DNA from: Candidatus Wirthbacteria bacterium
GTDB lineage: Bacteria > Patescibacteriota > CG2-30-54-11
Length of the DNA: 64,000 bases
Direction: 5' to 3'
Assembly: GCA_903889905.1 (NCBI GenBank)
Contig: CAISZI010000051.1
Coordinates: forward strand, 2,647-66,646
The translations under genes and the position numbers were made by a program. Shown piece after piece: positions 1 to 9,570 of the stretch. Numbering within the stretch: the first letter of the stretch is position 1; every line of letters begins with the position of its first letter. Under the pieces are notes generated by a model that saw only the letters and a program-made list of their open reading frames with translations, was not told the DNA's origin and made no database searches.

Positions 1-52
1 CGGGTATGCGCAACCGACGCGGCCGAGCCGTAACTATCCCAAATGGCTGGTC

Positions 53-787
53 ATGGTGAGGGAAGTCTTTTTGATCCTGCTATGGGCGATCGTTGGTGCC
101 GGGATTGGCCTGGCGCTGGTCCTGGCCCATAGCTATGTGTTGAGTGGGAACAGTGATGTCGTTTTGCCGCTCGACATGCTGCTTGCGGGAGGGATTCTGG
201 GTGCCGTGGCCGGGATCGTGCTGCCGCCGCAGAACGCCTTGCAGCTGATCTTGAAAAACAAACTCAAAGACACCTTTTTGTTGTTCAAAGCGATCGGCGC
301 GGGACTCTCTGGCGTGTGGGCCGGTGGGCTGATTGCTGATATTCTATCCTACAACCTCAACACCGCCCACAGTGCCGCATTTGCGATTACCGGTATGCTG
401 CTGGGTCAGATGGTGGCGGGGATGGCTGTGGCGGATGACGAGTTCTGGGCCAAATTACGCCACCCGCATCAGTATTTTTCACTGTTTTTTGTCCTGGTCC
501 GCATGGCCAGTTTTGCGCTCATGACAGGGCTGGTGGGATTGTTTACGGCATACGCACTGCTACGGTTTGCACCAGCAGTGGATATTACGCAATGCGCATT
601 TTTGGGTGTTTCGATTGGACTCATCCTGGGCACGTTTGAACCATCTGACCTGCGCGCATACACACGCTACGCCTCGGCCTATGTCGGCAAGTGGATGGTG
701 TTGCTGTTTGTGGTGCTCGCACTGATCATCGGGCTGGCGCTGGGAATTGCGTTTGGGCCGGGGATCAGGGGAATGGTGGGGCTGTAA
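53..787 (+). CDS. hypothetical polytopic membrane protein (244 aa, Gly/Ala/Leu-rich, about 7 TM helices)
   Basis: Long ORF with repeated hydrophobic helices; no catalytic motif recognised. Confidence 0.4.
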   Translation: MVREVFLILLWAIVGAGIGLALVLAHSYVLSGNSDVVLPLDMLLAGGILGAVAGIVLPPQNALQLILKNKLKDTFLLFKAIGAGLSGVWAGGLIADILSYNLNTAHSAAFAITGMLLGQMVAGMAVADDEFWAKLRHPHQYFSLFFVLVRMASFALMTGLVGLFTAYALLRFAPAVDITQCAFLGVSIGLILGTFEPSDLRAYTRYASAYVGKWMVLLFVVLALIIGLALGIAFGPGIRGMVGL

Positions 788-803
788 TCGTCAAAAAAAT
801 GTA

Positions 804-1136
804 TTAAGGGTTGGGAATTTTGTCTCTGCGTGCGGCATCCCGGCTCTTGGCTGCCGCAGTTATTTGCGTCGTTGTCTTTAAAAATTCAGGATGGCGTCCG
901 AAAAATGCGACAAAGCTGTCTGATAAATGGCGTATTTGAGGGCTATTGGCATAAGGCAATTCTGCCATGATGCGCAGTTGACATTCACAGGCATGGGCAA
1001 TGGGTTTTAGTTCGGTTGCGACAAGGTTGAAGTATTCCGCCAGGTCGGTATCGTTCATTAGACCTGGCTCTACTTGTCCCTCTGTTTGTGCGGTGAATTG
1101 GCCAAAAAAACTTTCTAATTTTGCCGTCAGTTCCAT
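804..1136 (-). CDS. hypothetical protein (110 aa)
   Basis: ORF only; acidic and soluble; no motif recognised. Confidence 0.3.
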   Translation of the reverse strand: MELTAKLESFFGQFTAQTEGQVEPGLMNDTDLAEYFNLVATELKPIAHACECQLRIMAELPYANSPQIRHLSDSFVAFFGRHPEFLKTTTQITAAAKSRDAARRDKIPNP

Positions 1137-1158
1137 AAGGCGTTTTCGTTAAAAAGAA

Positions 1159-1971
1159 TTAATTAAAACGATAGCCGGGTGCCCATTGTGCAAAGGCATT
1201 CTGATTTGGTGAGAGACTGATGAACGGGGCAACCGTTGGAGCAGGCCCAAAAGGGATTTGGCCTTTGCCAGTAAAGAAATTCCATTGGGCAAAAGGGAGA
1301 AAAAAGGCCCGGTCGCCAATGGGGCTGACCTGGGGAGACAGCTCTCCCGTACAACCGCCACAGGCAAAGCAGGCGCCGCAGTTGCTGCGGGCACAGTTGA
1401 AGTTGTAAATGATGTCTTCGTAGCCCCAGTCTGATTTGGAGTCTTCCCAGGCATGGATACGGTTCCCGCCACTTTGGGTCACAAGCAGGTGTTGAATGCC
1501 GCCATCCTGGCTGTACCCGCCGCCATAGTCGGTCATGTAGGTCCAGCCACTGCAGCCGGAAATGGTGCAGGTGACGAGGTACAGGTAAAAAGGGACCGGA
1601 ATGTAGAGCAGTGAATTAACGCAATCCGTGCTGTTGGTACCGTTATTGTTGCAATCGTTGATGTTCCAAAACGAATCCATCACTTTGTGGGTGGGGTCAT
1701 TGGAAAGGTTAATGTAGGTGGTCCAGGTGTTGTCAGTGGGAGTGGTATGCAGCCCCAGGAGGTCGGTTGCAGAAATCCAGAAAACGCGATCATGAAAGTT
1801 GATGATTGGGTTTTTGCCTGTGAATTTGACCCAGTAGTACCCGGCAGGATAAGGACTGGGGTAGGTTGAGGGGGTGGGAGTCCCGGCGGCAAAGGTGGTT
1901 TGCGTGCCAGGCAACAAGGAAAGCACGCTGAGTAACAACAAAGAAAGTAATATTTTTTTCATGGCGATCAT
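1159..1971 (-). CDS. secreted Cys-rich protein with N-terminal signal peptide (270 aa)
   Basis: N-terminus MKKILLSLLLLSVLSLLPGTQTTFA is signal-peptide-like. Many Cys/Gly/Trp/Tyr. 4-bp overlap with the upstream gene at 1968, so likely an operon. Confidence 0.45.
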   Translation of the reverse strand: MIAMKKILLSLLLLSVLSLLPGTQTTFAAGTPTPSTYPSPYPAGYYWVKFTGKNPIINFHDRVFWISATDLLGLHTTPTDNTWTTYINLSNDPTHKVMDSFWNINDCNNNGTNSTDCVNSLLYIPVPFYLYLVTCTISGCSGWTYMTDYGGGYSQDGGIQHLLVTQSGGNRIHAWEDSKSDWGYEDIIYNFNCARSNCGACFACGGCTGELSPQVSPIGDRAFFLPFAQWNFFTGKGQIPFGPAPTVAPFISLSPNQNAFAQWAPGYRFN

Positions 1972-2828
1972 GGTTGGGAAATTAGACGAGTCAGTTGAAT
2001 GCTGGCCAGGGTTCCCTGATCAGCGTTAAAATCGCTGACGACCATGTCAACGTTGTCTCCCACTTGAAAGGCGTCGGTTTGGGTGATGATGGTCCGCATG
2101 CGTTTGTGTGTTGCCATTTTGAGCGTCAGTCGAGCCGCTGTTTGTCCGTCCAGTTCGGCTAAATTGGTCAACATAAATGGCAGTATCGGAGCTTGCGTTG
2201 GAGCTTGGCTGGCGTTGTCATAGGTGCCAGTCAGTGCGTTTTCATAGTCTTGATAGGTTTTGCGGTCAGCAACGGTGAGTGGTGAAACAGTGTTAAGCAG
2301 GTAAGTGGAAAATTCAGTGGGAATCATGATTATTATTTGTGTCAGGTCTGTTTTGGCGGCGGCATATTGGGCAGCGGTTTGAGCGGATGATGTCCAGGTG
2401 AGCTTGACTGTTTGACTGGAGCCAATGGGTGCAAGCAGTGCTGAAGTGGTAGTGCGGGCAGTAACTTTGGCTGCGATATACACGTCGAGATGCGCAGAGT
2501 CGCTGCGGGGTGTGGTGAGTACACCGGTTGCTTTGAGCAGTGTGGCGTCAAAGTAAACGGTGTGTGGAGCAGCCATGGCGCCGATGTCTGGCAAATCGGT
2601 GGCAAAGCCACGCGTGCTGGCGGAGCCGCAGGCGGCGTTGGTGACTGTTTGTGTTAGCGGCCCGGTGAGCGGGCAGGATAGCGGGCCACTCGCTGGTGTG
2701 ACTGTGGCTTTTGGTCCCCAATAGCGTTGCAGTTGATGGATGGTGAGCCAGGCTGTTGCGAGCAATAGGATGAGCAGGATCAAGATCCCGATCAAGCTGC
2801 GTTGTATTGTTTTCTTGGAGAGCTGCAT
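1968..2828 (-). CDS. membrane-anchored hypothetical protein (286 aa, one N-terminal TM, Thr/Ala-rich ectodomain)
   Basis: ORF with N-terminal TM (LIGILILLILLLATAWL); overlaps the stop/start of 1159..1971. Confidence 0.4.
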   Translation of the reverse strand: MQLSKKTIQRSLIGILILLILLLATAWLTIHQLQRYWGPKATVTPASGPLSCPLTGPLTQTVTNAACGSASTRGFATDLPDIGAMAAPHTVYFDATLLKATGVLTTPRSDSAHLDVYIAAKVTARTTTSALLAPIGSSQTVKLTWTSSAQTAAQYAAAKTDLTQIIIMIPTEFSTYLLNTVSPLTVADRKTYQDYENALTGTYDNASQAPTQAPILPFMLTNLAELDGQTAARLTLKMATHKRMRTIITQTDAFQVGDNVDMVVSDFNADQGTLASIQLTRLISQP

Positions 2829-2944
2829 GTTTGTTTTGAGGTGTGGTGATAACTAAGGTAGAATGGATTAATCTTAGCATTATTCAAGGGGAGCGGCAAT
2901 TTTAGAAATTAGAATGTCTTGTTTAAAATAATGGGAGCAGGAAC

Positions 2945-3484
2945 ATGAAAGGCATTCGCTTTACCCTGCAATCAAAGCCTCTGGCGAGTTGGTTGTTTTT
3001 GAATTTGTTGTTGTTGTTCGCTTTACTTTTGGTCAATCTGTCCCTGGGCCATCTGGCCATCGTGGCAGCACAACTTCAGCATTTCAATGGGGGAGCTTGT
3101 TTTGCTGTCGTTTCTGCAACTTGTAGCAAATCCAATGGTTTTGATATGTCTGTTTTGCTCTATACCTTGATGATTTTTGCGTTGTCGAACGGGATTATCA
3201 GCACGCTTGTGAGCAAGAATTTCCGTCATGCTTTACTTAGCATTGTACTTTGGTCAATTGTTTTGGTGATGGGGATTGAGCTTCTGGTAAGAGTTATGCA
3301 AATTCCGGTTCTCCAGACTGAATTTATGGAATCAAGGCAGTCGATGACATATGGCTTTATGCCAAATTTTGCCTGGGATTTAGTGGTGCTTTGTTTGTCC
3401 ACTTTTATTGGTACCTGCGGAGTTGTTGTTGGACATGGTGTTCGTTTTGTGGAAAGACAGGGCATGGGCAGGCGGGCTGCATAG
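2945..3484 (+). CDS. hypothetical membrane protein (179 aa, about 4 TM)
   Basis: ORF with hydrophobic helices. Confidence 0.35.
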   Translation: MKGIRFTLQSKPLASWLFLNLLLLFALLLVNLSLGHLAIVAAQLQHFNGGACFAVVSATCSKSNGFDMSVLLYTLMIFALSNGIISTLVSKNFRHALLSIVLWSIVLVMGIELLVRVMQIPVLQTEFMESRQSMTYGFMPNFAWDLVVLCLSTFIGTCGVVVGHGVRFVERQGMGRRAA

Positions 3485-3641
3485 GGCAAAGAGGAATCGA
3501 CTAATGAGAGAAGACAAAAGGTCCGCCCAAGAAAAATATGTTTCAAATGGGACGATAAGCTGGGTGGATAAATTACCGAGTCCCGCACTTATGTTCGACT
3601 AGCATCCCTCGCAGACTCAGGATATAAGAGCAAGTAGTATG

Positions 3642-3674
3642 AAAAAGAGGCTCACCTTTGGGTAAGCCTCTTTT
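3642..3674. terminator. bidirectional stem-loop (7-bp stem AGAGGCT/AGCCTCT) flanked by an A-run and a T-run
   Basis: Read directly: aaaaagaggctcacctttgggtaagcctctttt. Confidence 0.45.
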
Positions 3675-3821
3675 ATCTGCGTGACTAACAAAACTGGGAG
3701 AAAGATCGCCTAACCCCGCATTGCTATGCGGGATAAGTCGAACGGGAAAATCAAAGAAGGCCTTCTTGTGATGTTCGCCTAACCTCCTTCGCAAGGCTTC
3801 GGAGACAAGACCGAGTAGTTT

Positions 3822-3857
3822 AAAAAAAGGGTTTGCCACTTGGACAAACCCTTTTTT
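3822..3857 (-). terminator. rho-independent terminator of groEL (stem GGGTTTG/CAAACCC, T-run on the minus strand)
   Basis: taaaaaaagggtttgccacttggacaaaccctttttt lies immediately downstream of the groEL stop (3880) on the coding strand. Confidence 0.6.
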
Positions 3858-3879
3858 CTTCGACAAACCTAAACTCGGT

Positions 3880-4395
3880 CTAGTACTCAGGCATCTGGGG
3901 AGCAGCTGGGGCTTTATCTTTTTGGGGCAGTTCCACCACAATCGCTTCCGTGGTCAGGAACATGGCAGCGATAGAGGAGGCGTTTTCGAGGGCAGAACGG
4001 GTGACTTTGGTGGGGTCGACAATGCCGGCGGCAATCATGTCAACGTATTCACCCTTGAGAGCGTTGAAGCCAACACCTTTTTTCTCGCCTTTGACTTGAT
4101 GCGCCACAACCTGGCCTTCGTAACCAGCGTTTTCGGCAATGCGGCGGATGGGTTCTTCGAGGGCACGGCGCAAAATGCTGAGCGCGACTTTTTCTTCGTC
4201 ATTGGCAGGTTTCATCTTGTCGAGGCTGGGCAGTGCGTTGATCAAGGCGGTTCCACCACCAGGCACGACACCTTCTTCGACGGCGGCACGGGTTGCCGAG
4301 AGCGCGTCTTCGATACGGTGTTTGCGTTCTTTGAGTTCCACTTCGGTGGCTGCGCCGACTTTGATCACGGCGACGCCGCCGCTGAGTTTGGCCAA
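3880..4395 (-). CDS. groL: chaperonin GroEL, C-terminal fragment (171 aa) downstream of an in-frame TAA
   Basis: [47 protein letters not shown] matches the GroEL equatorial/C-terminal region. In frame with 4399..5496. Confidence 0.85.
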   Translation of the reverse strand: MAKLSGGVAVIKVGAATEVELKERKHRIEDALSATRAAVEEGVVPGGGTALINALPSLDKMKPANDEEKVALSILRRALEEPIRRIAENAGYEGQVVAHQVKGEKKGVGFNALKGEYVDMIAAGIVDPTKVTRSALENASSIAAMFLTTEAIVVELPQKDKAPAAPQMPEY

Positions 4396-4398
4396 CCG

Positions 4399-5620
<1,222 letters not shown>

Positions 5621-5634
5621 GATGGAGAGAAGTT

Positions 5635-5928
5635 TTATTCAACCACGGCCAGAATGCCGCTTTCGTCAATGATATACAGGTCTTTGGTGCCGTCTTTGAT
5701 TTCGGTGGTGCTGTATTTTTTGAACAACACTGTGGCGCCAACCTTGAGTGCCGGGTCAACCGGGATACGTTTGCCGTCTTCGCTGACTTTGCCCGGGCCA
5801 AAGGCAATAACTTTGCCTTTTTGGGGTTTTTCTTTGGCTGTGTCGGGGAGCACAATGCCGCCAGCTGTGATCTGGTCGCCTTCAATCGGTTCGACCAGGA
5901 GATTGTCCTGGAGTGGTTTGATGGCCAT
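5635..5928 (-). CDS. groS: co-chaperonin GroES (97 aa)
   Basis: [46 protein letters not shown] is a canonical GroES sequence; it lies directly upstream of groEL. Confidence 0.95.
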   Translation of the reverse strand: MAIKPLQDNLLVEPIEGDQITAGGIVLPDTAKEKPQKGKVIAFGPGKVSEDGKRIPVDPALKVGATVLFKKYSTTEIKDGTKDLYIIDESGILAVVE

Positions 5929-5972
5929 GATTCCTCCTAAGTGGATAAGGTTAGTAAACGATTAAATGCTAT

Positions 5973-5999
5973 TTAGCACTCTTATTTGACGAGTGCTAA
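5973..5999. promoter_or_regulatory. CIRCE operator (HrcA binding site) TTAGCACTC-N9-GAGTGCTAA
   Basis: Perfect match to the CIRCE consensus, 45 bp upstream of the groES start. Confidence 0.9.
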
Positions 6000-6010
6000 A
6001 GACAAGCCAA

Positions 6011-6039
6011 ATTATAAGCAGCATTAAAGTTTTGTCAAG
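6011..6039 (-). promoter_or_regulatory. sigma-70-type promoter of groESL (TTGACA-16-TATAAT on the minus strand)
   Basis: Reverse complement reads cTTGACAaaactttaatgctgctTATAATttgg, immediately upstream of CIRCE. Confidence 0.6.
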
Positions 6040-6118
6040 CCTTCGAGTGGCTTGTTTTTTGGCTATTCACTAACTGGTCACTGCCGATGTGCTATAATCG
6101 CCGTTGCTTTAGATCAAA

Positions 6119-7387
6119 GTGCTGAAAAAATCGTTTTCTACTGGGGTTATTTCTTTGACCAGATCCCGTTTTAAAGCATTGCGTATTTTTTGGGCACGGC
6201 TCTGGATGTTTTTGCAAAGGCCGGTGGTCCTAAGCCTTTTTATCGCGAGAGCAGCAGGTTCTCTAGCCGCCGGCCTGAAGTGGGTTTTTTATTGGCCAAC
6301 GGTTATTTTTAGACGTTTTTTGCAGCTTTTTACCCGGTCGATCGGGACAACCCGCTACATGATGCATGCGTTTGTTGTGATGCTGGTAGTGGCGGTTAGC
6401 TTGACGGGCGTTTTTGGACAGCAGCAAGTAACGCAAGCCAGCGACGCAGGTGTGAACCGTTATGTCGTGGCGTTTGGGACAGCAGTGGCCTCCACCAAGT
6501 ATGCAGCAATTTTGAGTGACGGGTTTTTGATCAAGAGTGATATCGCCACCACCGATACCCAGGCGCGCCGCACCGAAGGCATTGTTGATTATCAGGTTCA
6601 GCCCGGGGATACCTTAAGTTCGATTGCAGCGCGTTTTAAAATCACGATCAAGACGATCCAGTGGGGCAACCAGGTTCAGGATGTTAACAAGCTCAAACCC
6701 GGACAGACGATCACGATTTTGCCGGTGACTGGGATTTTGTACCAGGTAAAAGGCAGTGAGCAGTTAATTGATCTGGCCAATAAATATGGTGTGTCCGTGA
6801 ACGACATCGCGACTGCCAATGATTTGATCTTGCCAAGCAAATTGGTTCAGAGTCAGGAATTGGTGGTACCACTCGCGGATAGCCGCATCCCGGACATGCC
6901 TAAACCGACCCCGCCACCCGTGGTTGCCAAAGTGAGCTCCCCAACCAGCAGTGCGGGTGTGGGGCGTGCCGTTCTAAGCACGGCCGGAGTTGGTGAAGTG
7001 GTGGGATCCGGGCAGTTTGTCTGGCCGACAACCGGGATCATTACCAAGAATTATGCGCAGCATATACGGACCGACGGGTGGCGCGACGGTGCCATCGATA
7101 TCGCGAGCAATCGCTTGCCAGTGGTCGTCGCGTCTGATGCGGGGGTTGTTGTTTTTTCCGGCTGGGATACGACCGGTTATGGTAATCGTGTCGATATCAA
7201 TCATGGCAATGGCTATGTGACACGTTATGCCCACCTAAGCGCCATTTATGTGGGATCAGGAGATCATGTCGACAAAGGCCAGGTGGTCGGCAAAATGGGC
7301 TGTACCGGGCATTGTACCGGGCCTCATACGCATTTTATGATTATTTTAAATGGCGTTCCCCAGGATCCACTTAGATATTTGCCATAA
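6119..7387 (+). CDS. LysM-domain M23 family metallopeptidase (peptidoglycan hydrolase), N-terminal TM
   Basis: Two LysM-like repeats (YQVQPGDTLSSIAARFKITIKTI; YQVKGSEQLIDLANKYGVSVNDIATAN). C-terminal M23 motifs HIRTD (HxxxD) and GPHTHF (HxH). GTG start. Confidence 0.8.
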   Translation: MLKKSFSTGVISLTRSRFKALRIFWARLWMFLQRPVVLSLFIARAAGSLAAGLKWVFYWPTVIFRRFLQLFTRSIGTTRYMMHAFVVMLVVAVSLTGVFGQQQVTQASDAGVNRYVVAFGTAVASTKYAAILSDGFLIKSDIATTDTQARRTEGIVDYQVQPGDTLSSIAARFKITIKTIQWGNQVQDVNKLKPGQTITILPVTGILYQVKGSEQLIDLANKYGVSVNDIATANDLILPSKLVQSQELVVPLADSRIPDMPKPTPPPVVAKVSSPTSSAGVGRAVLSTAGVGEVVGSGQFVWPTTGIITKNYAQHIRTDGWRDGAIDIASNRLPVVVASDAGVVVFSGWDTTGYGNRVDINHGNGYVTRYAHLSAIYVGSGDHVDKGQVVGKMGCTGHCTGPHTHFMIILNGVPQDPLRYLP

Positions 7388-7390
7388 CGC

Positions 7391-8107
7391 ATGACCAGTA
7401 TTCTATGGTTTGACCAATGTGCATCTACACAGCTTGTCGCGGCGCGCTATGCTGCGCTGGGGGCGATGGATTTGGCCGTGGTCAGTGATACGCAAAGCCA
7501 GGGGCAGGGACGATTGGAACGGAGCTGGGAATCTGCAACAGGCGGGCTTTACGTCAGTTGGATCCAGATGTTGCGTGTCCTGCCATTATTCTCCTGGCTG
7601 TCCCTGGCGGTGGCGCTGGCTGTGGTCGATACCATTGCCGCGACCAGTTTGCTTGCGACCCGGATCAAATGGCCCAATGATATTCTCATTGATGGCCGCA
7701 AGCTCGCCGGCATCAAGGTTGATACCCGTATCCAGGGGAATATTGTTCAGGCGATCATCGGCGTGGGGTTGAATGTGAATCAGGCCGTTTTTGGGGAAGT
7801 CGCATCTGTGGCGACCTCGCTTGTGCTGGAGACAGGCAATACCTTTTCTCTTGCACAGGTGCTGCGTGAACTGGATGCGCAGCTAAGGCGCCAGCTTGAG
7901 CTTTTGCAACTGGATGTTGGCCTGATCCAAATGCGTCACCGTGAACTGAGTGCGACGTTGGGGCACTCCGTACGGATTCATGGCGTGGCCGGCGAGGCTT
8001 GGGGTGATGCCATTGGTTTTACCGATCAGGGAGCCTTGCAAATCCAGACCCGAAGTGGAAAGATAGAGGTATATGATGGCAGCGTAAGTTGTGATATACT
8101 ATACTGA
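7391..8107 (+). CDS. birA: biotin--[acetyl-CoA-carboxylase] ligase (BirA catalytic-domain family, no N-terminal HTH)
   Basis: QSQGQGRLERSWES resembles GRGRRGRxW. KWPNDILIDGRKLAGI is the BPL signature. 238 aa, so a group I ligase without DNA-binding domain. Confidence 0.65.
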   Translation: MTSILWFDQCASTQLVAARYAALGAMDLAVVSDTQSQGQGRLERSWESATGGLYVSWIQMLRVLPLFSWLSLAVALAVVDTIAATSLLATRIKWPNDILIDGRKLAGIKVDTRIQGNIVQAIIGVGLNVNQAVFGEVASVATSLVLETGNTFSLAQVLRELDAQLRRQLELLQLDVGLIQMRHRELSATLGHSVRIHGVAGEAWGDAIGFTDQGALQIQTRSGKIEVYDGSVSCDILY

Positions 8108-8132
8108 TTAGTCATTAATAAAACCAAAACAC

Positions 8133-8693
8133 ATGTTCTGCCCCAACTGTGGTTTTCCGGTGCCGACAGCGGATAGTTATAACTTTTGCCCGAAATGCGG
8201 GTCCAAGCTGGTTGTTCCTGTTAATGCTCCGACGGTGATCGAAGTAGCGGCAGAACCAGCTGTGCCAACCTATGGCATTGGCAATTCTACGCCTCTCCAG
8301 GAAGTGACTAATCGCGGTATACAAAAGAAAATTTTAATTGTTGAAGACGACTTATTCATCCGCGAACTCTATCAGAAACAGCTTGAAATTTCCGGTTACG
8401 AAGTAGACGCTGCCGTGGATGGGGTGGAAGGCCGCGACAAGGCGTTCGGCAAGGTGTTTGACCTTATTTTGCTTGACATCATGCTGCCCAAGATGAACGG
8501 ATTGGATTTACTCAAACTGCTCAAGGAAACCGACAAAACCAAAGCCGTCCCTGTGATCATCCTTTCCAATCTGGGTCAGGATAGTGTGGTGGAAAAGGGG
8601 CTCAGTCTGGGTGCCATCAATTACATTGTCAAAGCCGATATTACCCCCATGGAAATGCTCAAAGTGATTCAGGAAAAAATCGGAGCGTCTTAG
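8133..8693 (+). CDS. zinc-ribbon fused to a response-regulator receiver (REC) domain
   Basis: N-terminal CPNCG...CPKCG zinc ribbon. REC: KKILIVEDDLFIRELYQ...LILLDIMLPKMNGLDLL with Asp pocket and phospho-Asp context. Confidence 0.75.
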   Translation: MFCPNCGFPVPTADSYNFCPKCGSKLVVPVNAPTVIEVAAEPAVPTYGIGNSTPLQEVTNRGIQKKILIVEDDLFIRELYQKQLEISGYEVDAAVDGVEGRDKAFGKVFDLILLDIMLPKMNGLDLLKLLKETDKTKAVPVIILSNLGQDSVVEKGLSLGAINYIVKADITPMEMLKVIQEKIGAS

Positions 8694-8713
8694 TTTTTAA
8701 ATAAATAAATCCC

Positions 8714-9091
8714 ATGGATGTCAAAAAAGTTTTGATTGTTGAAGATGATTTTTTTATCCGCGAACTCTACGAGCGTGCGCTTGGCTTGCACGGCATTGCG
8801 GTGGTCACCGCAGCCGATGGCAAAGAAGCGATTGAAGTGTTTGAACGGGAAAAACCAAATCTGGTACTGCTGGACGTGATGCTGCCCGAGATCAGTGGCA
8901 TGGAAGTACTCAAATACATCAAACAGAAAGCCAAAGAAAATAATGATGTACCCGTGGTTATGGTCTCCAACCTGGATACAGACGAAAGTATCAATGAAGC
9001 CATGCGCCTTGGGGCCAATGGTTATAAAGTCAAAGCCAACAGCAATCCGGTGCTGATTGCACAGGATGTGCAGCAACTGTTGAATGGTTAG
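8714..9091 (+). CDS. stand-alone response-regulator receiver protein (CheY-like, 125 aa)
   Basis: KVLIVEDDFFIRELYERAL...LVLLDVMLPEISGMEVLKYIK. Confidence 0.8.
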   Translation: MDVKKVLIVEDDFFIRELYERALGLHGIAVVTAADGKEAIEVFEREKPNLVLLDVMLPEISGMEVLKYIKQKAKENNDVPVVMVSNLDTDESINEAMRLGANGYKVKANSNPVLIAQDVQQLLNG

Positions 9092-9102
9092 GCAGGAAAC
9101 GT

Positions 9103-9570
9103 GTGATGTTGAAAGTTGCCTTGCGCAAAATCAAGCCACACAAGGGAGTTTACCTGATCGGTTGCCTGAGCCTTGCACTGATCTCTGGTATTTTTTTGTT
9201 ATTGCTGAATAACCCTGATCATCAGGTTGACTTGATCCTGATTGTTTGCCTGGAATGTCTGACGCTCAGTTCCGGCGCCGCTTCCATCGCTGGACTGGGG
9301 GGCCATTATTTTCAGGATTTTGTAACTCTGCAGCAGCTGCATTTTAGTACAGCGAAGCAGAGAGAAATCTGTTTGCTGGTTGCTTTGCTGTGGGTTTTGC
9401 CTGCTGCCTTGATCGGGTTGGTGGGAGCGCTGCTTTTGAGTGTCCCGGTTAGTCTGCCGGTTGTGGAGCGTTCCGCTTTGATCTTGATGAGCTGGGGAAT
9501 GGTTCAGGTTTTGTGGATGTGGATGCTACAACTGCTGCACATCAATCGTCGGGGCGCGCATGTTCAGTAA
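9103..9570 (+). CDS. hypothetical 4-TM membrane protein, start-overlapped by the downstream kinase gene
   Basis: Hydrophobic ORF; its 3' end overlaps the ATG of 9560..11329 by 11 nt. Confidence 0.4.
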   Translation: MMLKVALRKIKPHKGVYLIGCLSLALISGIFLLLLNNPDHQVDLILIVCLECLTLSSGAASIAGLGGHYFQDFVTLQQLHFSTAKQREICLLVALLWVLPAALIGLVGALLLSVPVSLPVVERSALILMSWGMVQVLWMWMLQLLHINRRGAHVQ

